Source: Chrysomallon squamiferum (taxonomy: Eukaryota; Animalia; Mollusca). From it: a stretch of DNA of 64,000 bases. The number at the start of each line of letters is the position of its first letter. Position 1 is the first letter of the stretch. Below are positions 19,330 through 31,319 of the stretch, one piece after another. The stretch spans positions 14,508,001 to 14,572,000 of the forward strand of contig CM022668.1 of assembly GCA_012295275.1 (NCBI GenBank). Reading direction: 5' to 3'. The position numbers and the translations under genes are program-made. The notes under the pieces were generated by a model. That model was not told where the DNA came from. It saw nothing but the letters and a program-made list of their open reading frames with translations, and searched no databases.

Positions 19330-20723
19330 CAGCAGCACTAGTAGTATGTAATAATAATAACAATAATAGCAAATGTAATAAAATAATAATAATTATAACT
19401 ATTATAATAATAACTGTGTTTTATACTGGTTGTATCTAATTGTTCATAAAGAAGTGACTTGACATCTCTCTATGGCATCAAATCACCCCTCAAACCAGCC
19501 ACTAGAAAGAAAGTGATATAGTTTCTAATGCAAGTTGCAGAAAAGTGTTAGAAGGGTTAATTCAAGATTTGAGTGCCAAATACTTAGTCGGCAATACAAA
19601 ATCAAATAACTAATTTGAATCTAAACAGAAACTTGTAAGTAAAGACAACAGAAGAATTGAAATTTGAGTTGTGAACTATATCCATCTTAAAAGAATAAAC
19701 CTTGTACCGAATATATATATATATGGTTGAGAATGAGATGTAATTTCTTTTGTTTTGTTTTTATGTTTTTGATACTTTTATATCAATAATTACAAGAATA
19801 TTTGATTTATATATGGATAATGACTTTATTTGATAATAAAATTAATGTGTGCATTTGATAGCACTAGAATATTGTAGCAATTTACTAATGTTATAATAAT
19901 TGTATTTGGTGACAATATTAATGTATGTATATTTGAATTTTAGCTTATATTATACTGACTCATTATGAGGATTCTTTGATCATTAATTGTTTGCAAGTTA
20001 ATCATTAACTAATACGTAATTAAAAACATAGGACTTTTTAATCATTAGTAAACTAAGGACTGTAATCATTAGCAAACTGAGGACTGTAATCATTAATAAA
20101 CTGATGATTTCCTAATCATTAATATTTATATCTAAACACGCTTATTTTCTACTGCAATATATTATTCCTAGGTGTGTGCATTTTCAGTATTATGCTATAT
20201 AATAATGTTGTTTTGTGATATTTTTATCAGATTTAATTAACTTTTACTAAAAATGGAAATATTTTATTAAATATTTGGAAGTTAATTTTGACATTTGTTA
20301 TATATTTTATTGATGTAGACATATTTTATATACAGTGAAACATTTCTAAAATGGACAGCCATGGGACCAAGAACAATGTGTGGTTTTGAGATATGTCTGG
20401 TTTACAGAGATTTCATTGTTGAGGTATATTCTCTACTGACATAGCAACTAATAATACTTCAAAAAAAAAAAAAAAAAATACCAAGAAATAAAAACAACCA
20501 ACGACAAACAGATCAAATTTGAATAAAATAAAATATTTAATGATTTATAGAAACATTTTGAATTTATCCAGAATTCAAAATAAAAAATAATCAGGCCACA
20601 AGGAGAAATTAAGTTATTGTTGTTTGGAATGTTTAACATCTCTCTTTTACCATTGTCTTTCCTGCATGTTATATGTTGTTGAACATGTCCCCTCGAAAAA
20701 CTTTCATCTTTGTGGATCGCACA

Positions 20724-20972
20724 TTTTCATATTCTTTTTCTTTCCATTTATTTTTTATGCTGTTTTTGTTTTCCTTTTTTTTCTTTATTTTGATTTTTAG
20801 TATTTTATTTTCGCATTGTATTATTTTCTTTCATTAATATATATATATTTTCATATTCTTTTTCTTTCCATTTATTTTTTATGCTGTTTTTATTTTCCTT
20901 TTTTTCCTTATTTTGATTTTTAGTATTTTATTTTCGCATTGTATTATTTTCTTTCATTAATATATATATATA
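20724..20972. repeat. ~125-bp tandem duplication, also homologous to the NSF 3' flank at 18878-18995
   Basis: tcatattctttt...ctttccattt...atgctgttttt...ttattttctttcattaatatatatat occurs three times. Confidence 0.8.
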
Positions 20973-21230
20973 TTAATGCAAGAATTATTCTTTGAAATTA
21001 GTTAAAAAATATATTCTCATAGAAAAAAAATTAATTTAAAAAAAAGAAAAGAAAAAAAAAAAAAAAAAAAACAATTCAGTTTGGCGGTAAGATCAGTGTT
21101 ATAGGCTATTGCATTCTGGTCCAGCTTGACCATGTTAAAATCTCCCAGGCTTGCAATATCCTCTTCATAAAAACTAGTCATCTTTGAGTAAAAATATTTA
21201 CATAGCCCAAGATGAATCTAAATTCCAATT

Positions 21231-21430
21231 NNNNNNNNNNNNNNNNNNNNNNNNNNNNNNNNNNNNNNNNNNNNNNNNNNNNNNNNNNNNNNNNNNNNNN
21301 NNNNNNNNNNNNNNNNNNNNNNNNNNNNNNNNNNNNNNNNNNNNNNNNNNNNNNNNNNNNNNNNNNNNNNNNNNNNNNNNNNNNNNNNNNNNNNNNNNNN
21401 NNNNNNNNNNNNNNNNNNNNNNNNNNNNNN
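21231..21430. other. Assembly gap (200 N)
   Basis: Run of N. Confidence 0.99.
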
Positions 21431-21807
21431 AAACTCATCAACATGATCAACTTTCTTCACTTTTCTTTCTTCTGCCTTTTCTGGGGAAGTTTTTTCCGCA
21501 GTATGTTAGCCAGACGTTCTCTTGTTAATGTTTTTCTGATTTCACAGTTTGGTTATTCATACCACCTTTATGTTGCTTTTTGTCCTCTGACAGTTTCAAT
21601 CTCGATTCTAAAATCGTTGCTAAACGTTCCCTTAATTCTCTTTTTTGATTTCCTCACTTGCTGTTTTATTGGATATTCATTAGTTGTTCTATTTGTTTGT
21701 GCTAACGGCACATTCTCTCGATTATTCTTGAATGAAGGGATTTCATTTTCTTCAATAAAGTCATTCATCGTTTTCCTCTGTCTTTCTCGTTTTTTCAAAG
21801 ATTTCAA
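21431..21807 (-). pseudogene. Degenerate continuation of the gene A reading frame beyond a frameshift
   Basis: Adding one A in 'aga aa ttg aaa' restores AMKRKLKSLKKRERQ. Further on the frame reads *RWYE*PNCEIRKTLTRERLANILRKKLPQKR, reusing motifs from the upstream ORF. Confidence 0.65.
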
Positions 21808-24800
21808 TTTCTTTTCATGGCTTTAGCTATATACACTCGTTCAGCTAATTTCTTACGTTTTTTATCTCCTGTTAATTTCTGAGGCAAGGTTAATGTTTGA
21901 ACTAATTTAATCTGTGGCTGTTCTTCTGTTTCCTTTTCTTCTTTCTTTACTAACTTGCGAAGGTGGTAATTTCTTATCTTGTGATGATGTTTCCTTCTTA
22001 ATTCGATGCTTTTCAGTTTTTCTCTCAGCACCAGTGCTAATCTTTTTCTCAGTTTCGTCCTACTATGTTTTCTAATTATTACTGGATAGGCAAAACTGTT
22101 CGTTGGTGAAAGCGTTGCCTCCTTTTTCCTTTTAACATGTCCCTGCTTTTTGCCGTCCGATACCAGTTTCATTAGTTTCAGAATCCTTTTTATTATCGGG
22201 TTCTCCGATTCGTACCAAACTTTTTTCCGTTCCTTTTTTCTATTTGGATTGAGTTTACTTTTCAAATATGATGCCAAATGTTTTCTGTATTCAATTAATT
22301 TTTTTTTCGAAGTTTTAGTGTTTGGTTTCTTCGAATTAGGTAAAGTAACAAGAGTGGTAATCTTGATTTCATTCGATTCTGGATTCTTTATTTCTGTTGG
22401 TTTCTTGTGTTTTTTGCGATTTTTCAAGTGTTTACTCTTTAATGGCTGTATGAATCTGAAATGAGTTAGTGGTTCGTCTACATCGTTGATTTCCTTCACT
22501 TTGTCCACTGTCAGCTCAGTATCAAGTGAGTGACTGACATTTGTCGAGTTTTGATTATTGCTGTTCTCCACGTACTCAACCAAACCGTCATCATCTTCTA
22601 TACTGATGTCTTCATTACTGCTGACTTCAGTCATTGTTTTCTTGGTCGTAACATTGTTGCTGACTGACTGGTTCATATTTATGTGAATGGTGCTTTTTAT
22701 TACAAGTGAGTTTTTCCCTTTCTCCTGTTCCAGTGTATTTGAGATCACAGACGTTTTTGTGTTCACCGTACTATTGTGCAGCGTGTCGTCACGATCAACA
22801 TCTTGATTTGGGTCATCGGTGTTGGTCGCATTCATGCTGAGACCCGAGTCTTCAGCGTGTGTGATGATGGGAGTCGCATCGATGCCTTCGTTTACGGTTC
22901 TAATGCTGCTGTCGATTTTCTTTCTCGTTATCACATCAGCGTTTGTAATGAGGTTCATGATATTACTGACAACATCTTGACTTCTGTTTACTGATCGATC
23001 AGATGGAGCCGGTGTAGCCGGTGGAGCAGGTTCATCTTCGTAATCCATTTCGTAATTATAACCGTCAGGATCTTCATCCAAGTGATTGTATCTGATAGTA
23101 AAATTTGCACGTGTGTTTCCTTGCTGTGTGGATTCTTCCACTGACCGAATGTTCCGTCTCAGTTTTGGTGGAGATGTGTCTTTGGCTGTTTGCTGTGACA
23201 AAATTTCCTCTGTTTGGTGTTGTGCTTTTTCTTTATGGATTTCCACAGTCTCTTCTTGTGTCTTGGGTTTGGTATGTAATAAGGTTTCAATTTTCGTTAA
23301 AATAGGACTTTTTTCTGACAGTAGTTTCCATTCAAGAATATGGCGTTTATTTTCTAGAATTTGACGCCATCTTGACGTTTCGTTTCTGGACTTGGGTTTA
23401 TCTTCCCTTACATCCTTCCTCCCTCTGGACATTGTTTTGCCTGATGTTCCGGGCATGTAGTTCACCATTATTTCGTGCAGTGTTTTGGGTTCGTGTTTTT
23501 TCACCTCATCCATTTGTGACACTACGTTGTCATGTTTTGTAGGGGTCTGTAATGTTATCGGCATGTAGTTCAACAGTATTTGGTGTAGTCTTCTGGGTTT
23601 ATGGTTTTTAGTCTGATCCATGTGTGACTCGGTAAGGCTAGTTCCTGATGGAATATCCTCTTGTCCGATAGGCTTGTTTTGTAAGCCATTTGGCCGTTGT
23701 GACTGAATTTTCATGATAGTTTCACTTTGAGACATTAACTTGTCTAGTGTCTTGGCTTTCTGGTCTATCATGATTCTATCGTCCTCCCTTGTCTCGCCAA
23801 TCTGCTGTGGCTTGGTCAGCTTTGGCATCGGAGGATTTTCTTTAAGATGTTCCTGTTTTTTCTTTGCCATGGTAAACATGGGCTAAAAGAATAAGTTAAA
23901 TAGTAGTAGTGTTTATTCTGATAGAGTCCCGTGTCCTTAATATTATATTTAAAATAAATAATTGAATAGACTGATGGATCAAGCAGTATTAAGCTGAGAT
24001 GTTCTATAAAAATCAATAAATAGCAGAATAACTTTTTAACTAAACGATATCAATAGTAATAATAATAATAATTGCAGTGATAATGACAACAACGTCGACA
24101 ATAAGAACAAAAGTAGTAGTAATAATAATAATAATAATAATAATAATGAATGCAATATATAATAATAGAAATATAATAACAGTAACAAAAATGAATTTTA
24201 TAACAGCAAAAAAATAATCCTTAATTAAATTGTATGTAATGTTGTTTCATATACATGCACAACCCATTCACGGACTGAAAGATTACAAATCGGAAATAAA
24301 TTTTACAATTATGGGAGACTAGGCCTCTAACAATTAACCGTGTAGAAATTATTTTCTTTTCGTTTCCTTTATTTTATTTTTTTTGTCTGGTTATTGTTTT
24401 TGATTAACCTGATCTACCACTGACGTCATAGTGCTTTACGTGTCGCTGAAGCTGTCCAAGAAATGCTCTCTGATTTGCAACAATCAACTTTTTACATACA
24501 GCTGAAGTCTGTTTATTTTCAAAGATAATCACTGTGATATGTAATTCTGAAAACGTTTAGAAATATGATTACATCTGAATGAGCTGGCAATTGCTGATTG
24601 TTCAAAATAAAAAATTAAAGCAGACTGTAAAGGGACAGATCGGGCCGGGATATGTACAGTTTTAGTAATTCAGTTTCTGATACCAATGAAATGGTCAACT
24701 GGACATTTAAAAAAATATATATATAAGTTATTTAAAAATCCGACAAAAACTAGCAAACAAAAAACTTTTTATTTATTTATTTATTTATTTATTAGCAGAT

Positions 24801-26850
24801 GGGGAGGACATACCTCAATAAGGGCAGGCGAAGTCAGGTGTTATGTAGAATTATAGAATATTATAGAAGGAACATCGCTGCAAAAAAAAACAGCTGATGC
24901 TTTTCATGTTCCGGGACAGACGTTAAGACGTGCCGCCGTTGAGAAAAGGCAACGTGGCCAAGAGTTGACATTTTACCCACAAAGCTGTAAGACATGGCTC
25001 ATTTTGGCCTAGCCAGAGGAAAATGGCGTGAAAATCATCAGCGTTTGTCTTATTATAGGCTGTGTTGTGTCTACGCTTGAACGTACTGGTTTTGTACTTG
25101 AGTATATTCAACATGTGTATAACACGTTTTTTCTTCTTTTTTGTGGGGGCTGTTTTTTTTTTTTTTTTTTTTTTTTTTGACGTTTTTATGAAAGTGAAAC
25201 GTGTTTTCCAGTCTAACAGTCATTTTATGTGGAGGAAAAACAAAGAAAAACGACCAACACCCCCCAAAAAAACCCAGATGGACATAACTATATATACATA
25301 TGACGGGAATCACTTTCGTTTTCTCTTCATTACTCGATTTATGCTGTCGGTTTTGATTTAAATGTTTATTAGTTACATTCCAAGTTATTTTCAAATAACT
25401 CAGTTTTGTGCTTATTTGAGAGTATTTATTTTGTGTATGATGCACTTTCTTTAGCTGCCCCCCATGGCTGACCCAACCTTCTCCAACCTTCTCCAACCTG
25501 GGGAATGTTGGGCCAGTTTGGATACGTGTCTTTAGTCATTAATAATTAAATGATCACAACAAATCAGGATATTTCAAGCATTTGTGATTGCATCTAAATA
25601 ATGAAAGTTTGTTTTAAACCACGACGAGGGTTTGTTTTTCAGTCTCTATCTGAACTGGAGGTTAAAAATGCCACAACGTGTCCCACCCTGCCCCGGTCAC
25701 CCCTCTATTGTAAAATGGATGATACTAACTACAATACTTGAAAATTATACACGTACATTAAAATTACCATTAGTTTAACATCTACCATTTTAATAAAGTA
25801 TTTATATAAGCCTTCTACAACCCCCCCCAAAAAACAACTTTTAATTTATTTTTTTGTGAAATGACTGTACCATCAACCTATTCAAAAGAGAATAAATAAC
25901 TGCTCCCTCGAATTTTAATTTATGCATACGTGAACGCATGCGCAAACTATAGTAAAAGGAAGTTGAGAAAGGCGTTGAATTCGATTTGTTTGAATTCAGA
26001 TGAAAGATCATCCGAGATTATACAAATTAAATGTGGGTGATGTTTCCACAGAAGGAATATTTTTGATATCGAAGAAAGAAGTCAGCTGCAAATCTCGAGA
26101 TGTGATGTTAGAGAGAACGCCGTATACACAAACTGAAGAGTTGTTTCCCCTTGACCGCATGGTTATAAAGGGAGCCTTTTAGGCTTATAAGAAATATGCA
26201 TATCTACAACAAATACATCATATTACTAATGTGAGACCAGTTCAAGTTCTGTTTCTGAGGAAAATCTAAAAATGGCTATTTGCATTTGAACAATTCTTAC
26301 ATGGTCGTTGTAGATCGAGACAGCAAAGAAAAAAACAGGAAGGGAAACTAAAGAATGGAGATAGGTTGCAGAAACCAAATAAATAAATTTGCCAGCTTTT
26401 GAAACGGAACTAAAATTATCAATTTCTGCCAGCAACAGTTTTGTCTCAAAGTAGTGTTCAGTGCAGGAAAAATACGTCTCGTTAAAACGTTCCATGAGTT
26501 TTCATATAGAGGAGAATTGACTGGAAATTCTACATTGACGATTTTGAAAATTAATGATCTTTCCAGACTTAAATGTGCCAGAGGATAAGCAGACAAACAT
26601 TTTTGTTAAAAGTGAATTAATTGTATGTAACTTTTTTTTTTCTTTTTTTCTTATTATTTTTCTCTTTTCTTTTTTCTTTATTTATTTTTTGTTGTTGTTG
26701 TTGTTGTTGTTGTAACGAAGTGTCTCTTCAACTAATGCTAATTGTTATAAAATTTAAATTTTGGAGATTGTAAAAAAATATTTTCAAATTACGTTCAGTT
26801 TTTGAATTAATTTTTTAAAATAATTTACCAACATGAAGTGACATTCGAGA

Positions 26851-26884
<34 letters not shown>

Positions 26885-26907
26885 TTGCACAATCATTACT
26901 AATAATT

Positions 26908-26938
<31 letters not shown>

Positions 26939-26952
26939 TATATTTATTTATT

Positions 26953-27027
<75 letters not shown>

Positions 27028-27863
27028 TGATTAATTTTATTACTTAAAAACAAAATAAATACTATAAAGGTACCACAGTAGCTAAACATAAAATTAATGT
27101 AATTTTAAAAGATAAGCAATAAAGGTGTTATAGGCAATGTTCATTAACTTTTTTTATTTCTTAGATTATTTCAGACATTCTCGTAATACACCTTTTTTTC
27201 TTTTTTGCATTCCTATTTATAGTCGGTTATTTGTTTCTGTATAATGTATAACATTAGAAACAGTTGCATAGTTGTTATGAACACAACAGAACAATACATA
27301 AATAAATAATTTAATTAATTAATTAATTGAAACAGTATTAAATTTTAAAAAGAAAGAAAAACGAGAAATGGAAGTTCAAAAGTTAATTCTGATCACAATT
27401 GTTCAATCACTGACAGATTAACACACACACATACACGCGCACGTTCGTTTCATTATAAATGTCGCATAATGTTCAGATGAAGGGGATGTCGTAGAAACTC
27501 GTCATCCCTCAACAGGACTGCACCGTTTTGTTATCTACAGAGGCACTACATTAAATTATTTATCAAGAAAAAAATTGAATATTTTAGCTGTTGTCACTTA
27601 ATATTACTACTTTAACTCAATAAACAATAGTAACAAAGACAAAAACGAAAAAAATCTGCAGTTCAAAACTGAATCTGTTAAAAAAAAAAATTCCGGAGAT
27701 TCAAATTGGTCACAGTTTTGTCATTCTGCCCCTAGAGATCACACATTTTTAGTTAAATCTAAGAACTTTGTAAAAAAAATTAAAAAAAAAAAAACCTTAC
27801 CATTGCAGATGCTGGTTCCAAAGGAGGAACAAGCAAAAAGAACAATAAAATGTTTATAAACAT
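21804..27863 (-). CDS. Gene A: predicted secreted low-complexity protein of about 713 aa with a Lys/Arg-rich C-terminus. Exon 1 27863-27801, exon 2 23882-21804
   Basis: Exon 1 encodes signal-peptide-like MFINILLFFLLVPPLEPASAM and ends at ATG|GTAAGG. The acceptor ttcttttag|CCC ATG TTT joins in phase 0 to the 691-aa ORF. Confidence 0.8.
24628..25707 (+). mobile_element. Degenerate pogo/Fot1-like DNA transposon relic in the gene A intron
   Basis: HTH-psq-like fragment TADAFHVPGQTLRR near 24890. GC-rich terminal-like sequences aagggacagatcgggccggga and tgtcccaccctgccccggtcaccct. Confidence 0.4.
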
Positions 27864-28310
27864 CGCTATTATAAGCAAAACCTTCATTGCAATCGCGTTG
27901 CTAATGAACTTTCTGTTTATTTCTGATGACGTCACACAAAGATACAGCGAAAATGATTTCCGAATGTTTCCGGGATTAGCTGATACAATCCGTCTGGTAA
28001 CTTTGATTAAAAGTGCTTATACTTAGTAAATAATGTATTTGTTTTTTAATTTTATATCTTAAAACCCTTGGATATATATTTATATATTTCAGCCTATATA
28101 GCATTTCCACCCCACCCCATTATTATTACTGTTATTGTTGCTGTTGTTTTATTTTATACTCTTTAAATAGAACCAGTAACAGTGATAATATTATCTACTT
28201 CCGGAAACGTAAGGAATTAATGTTCGTGATATCCTAATGACGTCATCTGATGTAAACAATTAATTAGCAATGCCTTTATAACGAAAGCTGGATCAAATAA
28301 TTACCATACT
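27864..28310. promoter_or_regulatory. 447-bp divergent promoter between genes A and B, with inverted homologous arms
   Basis: Each arm carries CCGGAAAC (27966-27973 on minus; 28201-28208 on plus), TGACGTCA (27927-27934; 28238-28245), then RTAAACA and ATTAGCAA, in the same order before its ATG. Confidence 0.75.
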
Positions 28311-29508
28311 ATGGTCGCAAGCATCTTCTTGCTGTTTTTTCTCGTCAGTGCTTTGGAATGCGCATTCCCAGTTGTAAGTTAATTATAACCTTTTAGACTT
28401 AAACGTAACTGCATTTTGGGAGGGAGCAGCTAATGCAACAAATACATAAAAAAAACAACAACAATGAGATAATTTTTAAAAGTAAAAAATACAAAAGAAT
28501 TTTTTTTTACTTCCATATCATTATTGTCGTTAATATTGTTTACAGGCAGTAGTGACACAGGGCCTAAATGAGATACAGCAGAAAGATAAGAATCTAGAGG
28601 AAATTATGTCACAAGAACAAAGTGCGACAGAACAGAAAGAATACAGTCTAGATGAAATAGCGTCACAAGGGGAAAGTGAGGTAGAACAAAACGATAACAG
28701 TCTAGAGGAGATAATGACACAAGGGCTTGGTGAAACCGAACAAAAATATAACAATATAGAGGAAATAATTTCACAAGAGCAAATGGGATTGGAAGAAAAC
28801 GAGAATCTTGAGGAAACAGTGTCAGAAGAGCAAAGTGCGATAGAACAAAACGAGAATGAATCCGAGGAAACAGTGTCAGAAGGGCAAAGTACGATAGAAC
28901 AAAAAGAGAATCTAGAGGAAACAGTGTCAGAAGAGCAAAGTGCGATAGAACAAAACGAGAATCTAGAGGAAACAGTGTCAGAAGGGCAAAGTGCTGTAGA
29001 ACAAAAAGATAATCTAGAGGAAACAGTGTCAGAAGGGCAAAGTACGATAGAACAAAACGAGAATCTAGAGGAAACAGTGTCAGAAGGGCAAAGTACGATA
29101 GAACAAAACGAGAATCTAGAGGAAACAGTGTCAGAAGGGCAAAGTGCTATAGAACAAAACGAGAATCTAGAGGAAGGAGTGTCAGAAGGGCAAGATACGA
29201 CTGAAGTGGAAGATAACTATCTAGAGGAAGTAGTGACAGAACGGCTAAGGTGGATACAACCAGAAGATAACAAGTTAGGTGAAATAACAGTGGAACGCCA
29301 GCTGGTGATCGAACTGGAGCCTTACACAGTAGAGATAATAGTGACGAAACCGCCGTTTTCCAAACTAGATAACATAACCTCGTATCTGGACCACATGTTC
29401 AAAAAGAAAGGTAAGGTACTAAAGGAAACGAAGACGCGCCGTGGGGGAAACGTGACAGTGGAAGAAACAGTGTGGTTTCTGGAACGAGAGAAGGCAACCG
29501 AACCTTAG
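28311..29508 (+). CDS. Gene B: predicted secreted Glu-rich repetitive protein of about 341 aa. Exon 1 28311-28373, exon 2 28546-29508
   Basis: Exon 1 encodes MVASIFLLFFLVSALECAFPV|GTAAGT. The acceptor tttacag|GCA GTA GTG ACA CAG is in frame. The body has 17-18 aa repeats (LEETVSEGQSTIEQNEN) and a short basic tail; AATAAA lies near 29676. Confidence 0.88.
28800..29200 (+). repeat. ~51-bp coding minisatellite in gene B
   Basis: gaatctagaggaaacagtgtcagaagggcaaagtacgatagaacaaaacga repeated about 8 times, with more diverged 54-bp units upstream. Confidence 0.9.
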
Positions 29509-29822
29509 CCAAGTAGACTGGCAAATACAGCATAATTATTATAAAAGTTAATCATGAGACACGGGAGATAACCTGATTGATACTTAATACAATGATAATA
29601 CAGACAATTAAGAAATTAGTAGAACTGTTGTAGTAAAGAATGATGATCTATATATATATTTTTTTTTTTTATATAAATAAATTTACATATTTAATTAATA
29701 CTTGTTCTTATCTTGTTTCTTTTATTTTTGTTATTTTTTATTTTTATTTTTATTTATTTTTTTATATTTATCATGATTTGGAGGTATAGGTTTTAGTTTT
29801 CTTCTAGAAACTTTGTTCAGTC

Positions 29823-30352
29823 TCAGATTTTCAGTTTCCTTTTCAGTAAAGCAGCTAAACGCTGTCTAATTGATGTTAGGCTAAACGTATCTGATTCTTC
29901 TGCCTCTTCTTCTTGTATACTTGATGAAGTGTCAGATTCACTGTAGTCTTCACCATCGTTATTTGTCAAGGCCTCTGATATTGGTTGCATTATTTCAGTT
30001 TTGTCTTCTACTGATGACATGCTTTGTATTTCATTTTCTAATAGTGGTGTACTTATTTCATTTTCCATTGGCGGTGTGCTTATTTCATTTTCTTCTTGTT
30101 GTGTTCTCATTTCATTTTCTATTGGTGGTGTGCTTATTTCATTTTCTACAGGAGGCACTCTGTCAATTTCATCTGCTGGTGGCGTGTTTTCCAGCTGATC
30201 TTCAGCAGGTAGTATGGCTTCAGTTTCATCTTCTGCAGTTGGAAAGCTTAGAATTCCCACTGGATATAGTCTGTTTCTTAACAGCTTTGATAAACGTTCT
30301 TTAAGTTCAGTTACGCTAGTTTTATCCTCTTGTGAATTCTCAACATTTTCAG
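29823..30352 (-). CDS. Gene C: terminal exon of an acidic repetitive protein with two cationic helices; first exon not found
   Basis: Pyrimidine tract and gattcag|CT GAA AAT (phase 1). Contains 9-aa ENEISTPPx repeats and the helices ELKERLSKLLRNRL and SIRQRLAALLKRKLKI*. Confidence 0.7.
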
Positions 30353-30653
30353 CTGAATCAGTAGGACAGGGAAACAGATACATAGATAGGCAGACAGAGA
30401 ACATCAATTTAAAAACATTAACTCTTACTAAATTCCGTCAATAACTAAGTTAGTAGTACATTTCCGAAAGTATTTTTACAATTCTGACCTCGGGGTATCA
30501 GTAAACGACACTTCGCCGAAAAATATATATATTTTCTCAGAAACAGAAGTGTTTTGCCACACATTTTATAAAGCAACAGTAACTAAGGTACATACACACA
30601 ATAATATATTAGATCTTTGCATATCAGGTGTTACGTATCGGTGCGATTATAAA

Positions 30654-30793
<140 letters not shown>

Positions 30794-31264
30794 CATTACA
30801 AGCCTTTTCTAAAGGCAGTCTTCGCCGAAATATATATATATATATATTTTTTTTTTTTTCTTCTTCTTCTTAGAAACAGAAGTGTCTTGCCAAGACTTTT
30901 GTAAAGCAACAATAAGTAAACTATATTCACGCAGAATAATATATTAAATAAACAGATCTGTACATTCTCACACGCTTTCAAATGTCACATATGAATACGT
31001 TTATAAAGAACTTAACACATGAATTAGTCGTAGTGCCCACTTCGCCATAATTATTTTTACAATTTTATTCTTGGGATGACCTGATAGAAAATATGAACAC
31101 GACACCTTTTTTCACGTTCCTAGCACTGAAAAGCAGTTTTCAGAGAAATACATTTTTCCTCAGGAACAGAAATGTCTAAATAAGTAAAAAAAATAAATTA
31201 CGTACACAGAATAACAACAACAATAGTAATAATAATAACAACAACAATAATAATAATAATAATA

Positions 31265-31319
<55 letters not shown>

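Noticed and set aside
21075-21220. Minus-strand coding-like stretch (MTSFYEEDIASLGDFNMVKLDQNA)
   Set aside because: Short, next to the gap, with no recognisable homology.
21178-21826. ORFs containing X runs
   Set aside because: Artefacts of the 200-N gap.
22150-23364. Plus-strand ORFs overlapping gene A
   Set aside because: Antisense shadows of the long minus-strand ORF.
29823-29880. Resemblance of SIRQRLAALLKRK to molluscan egg-laying hormone (LADLRQRLLEK)
   Set aside because: The match is too short, there is no amidation Gly plus dibasic site, and the ELH N-terminal motif is absent.
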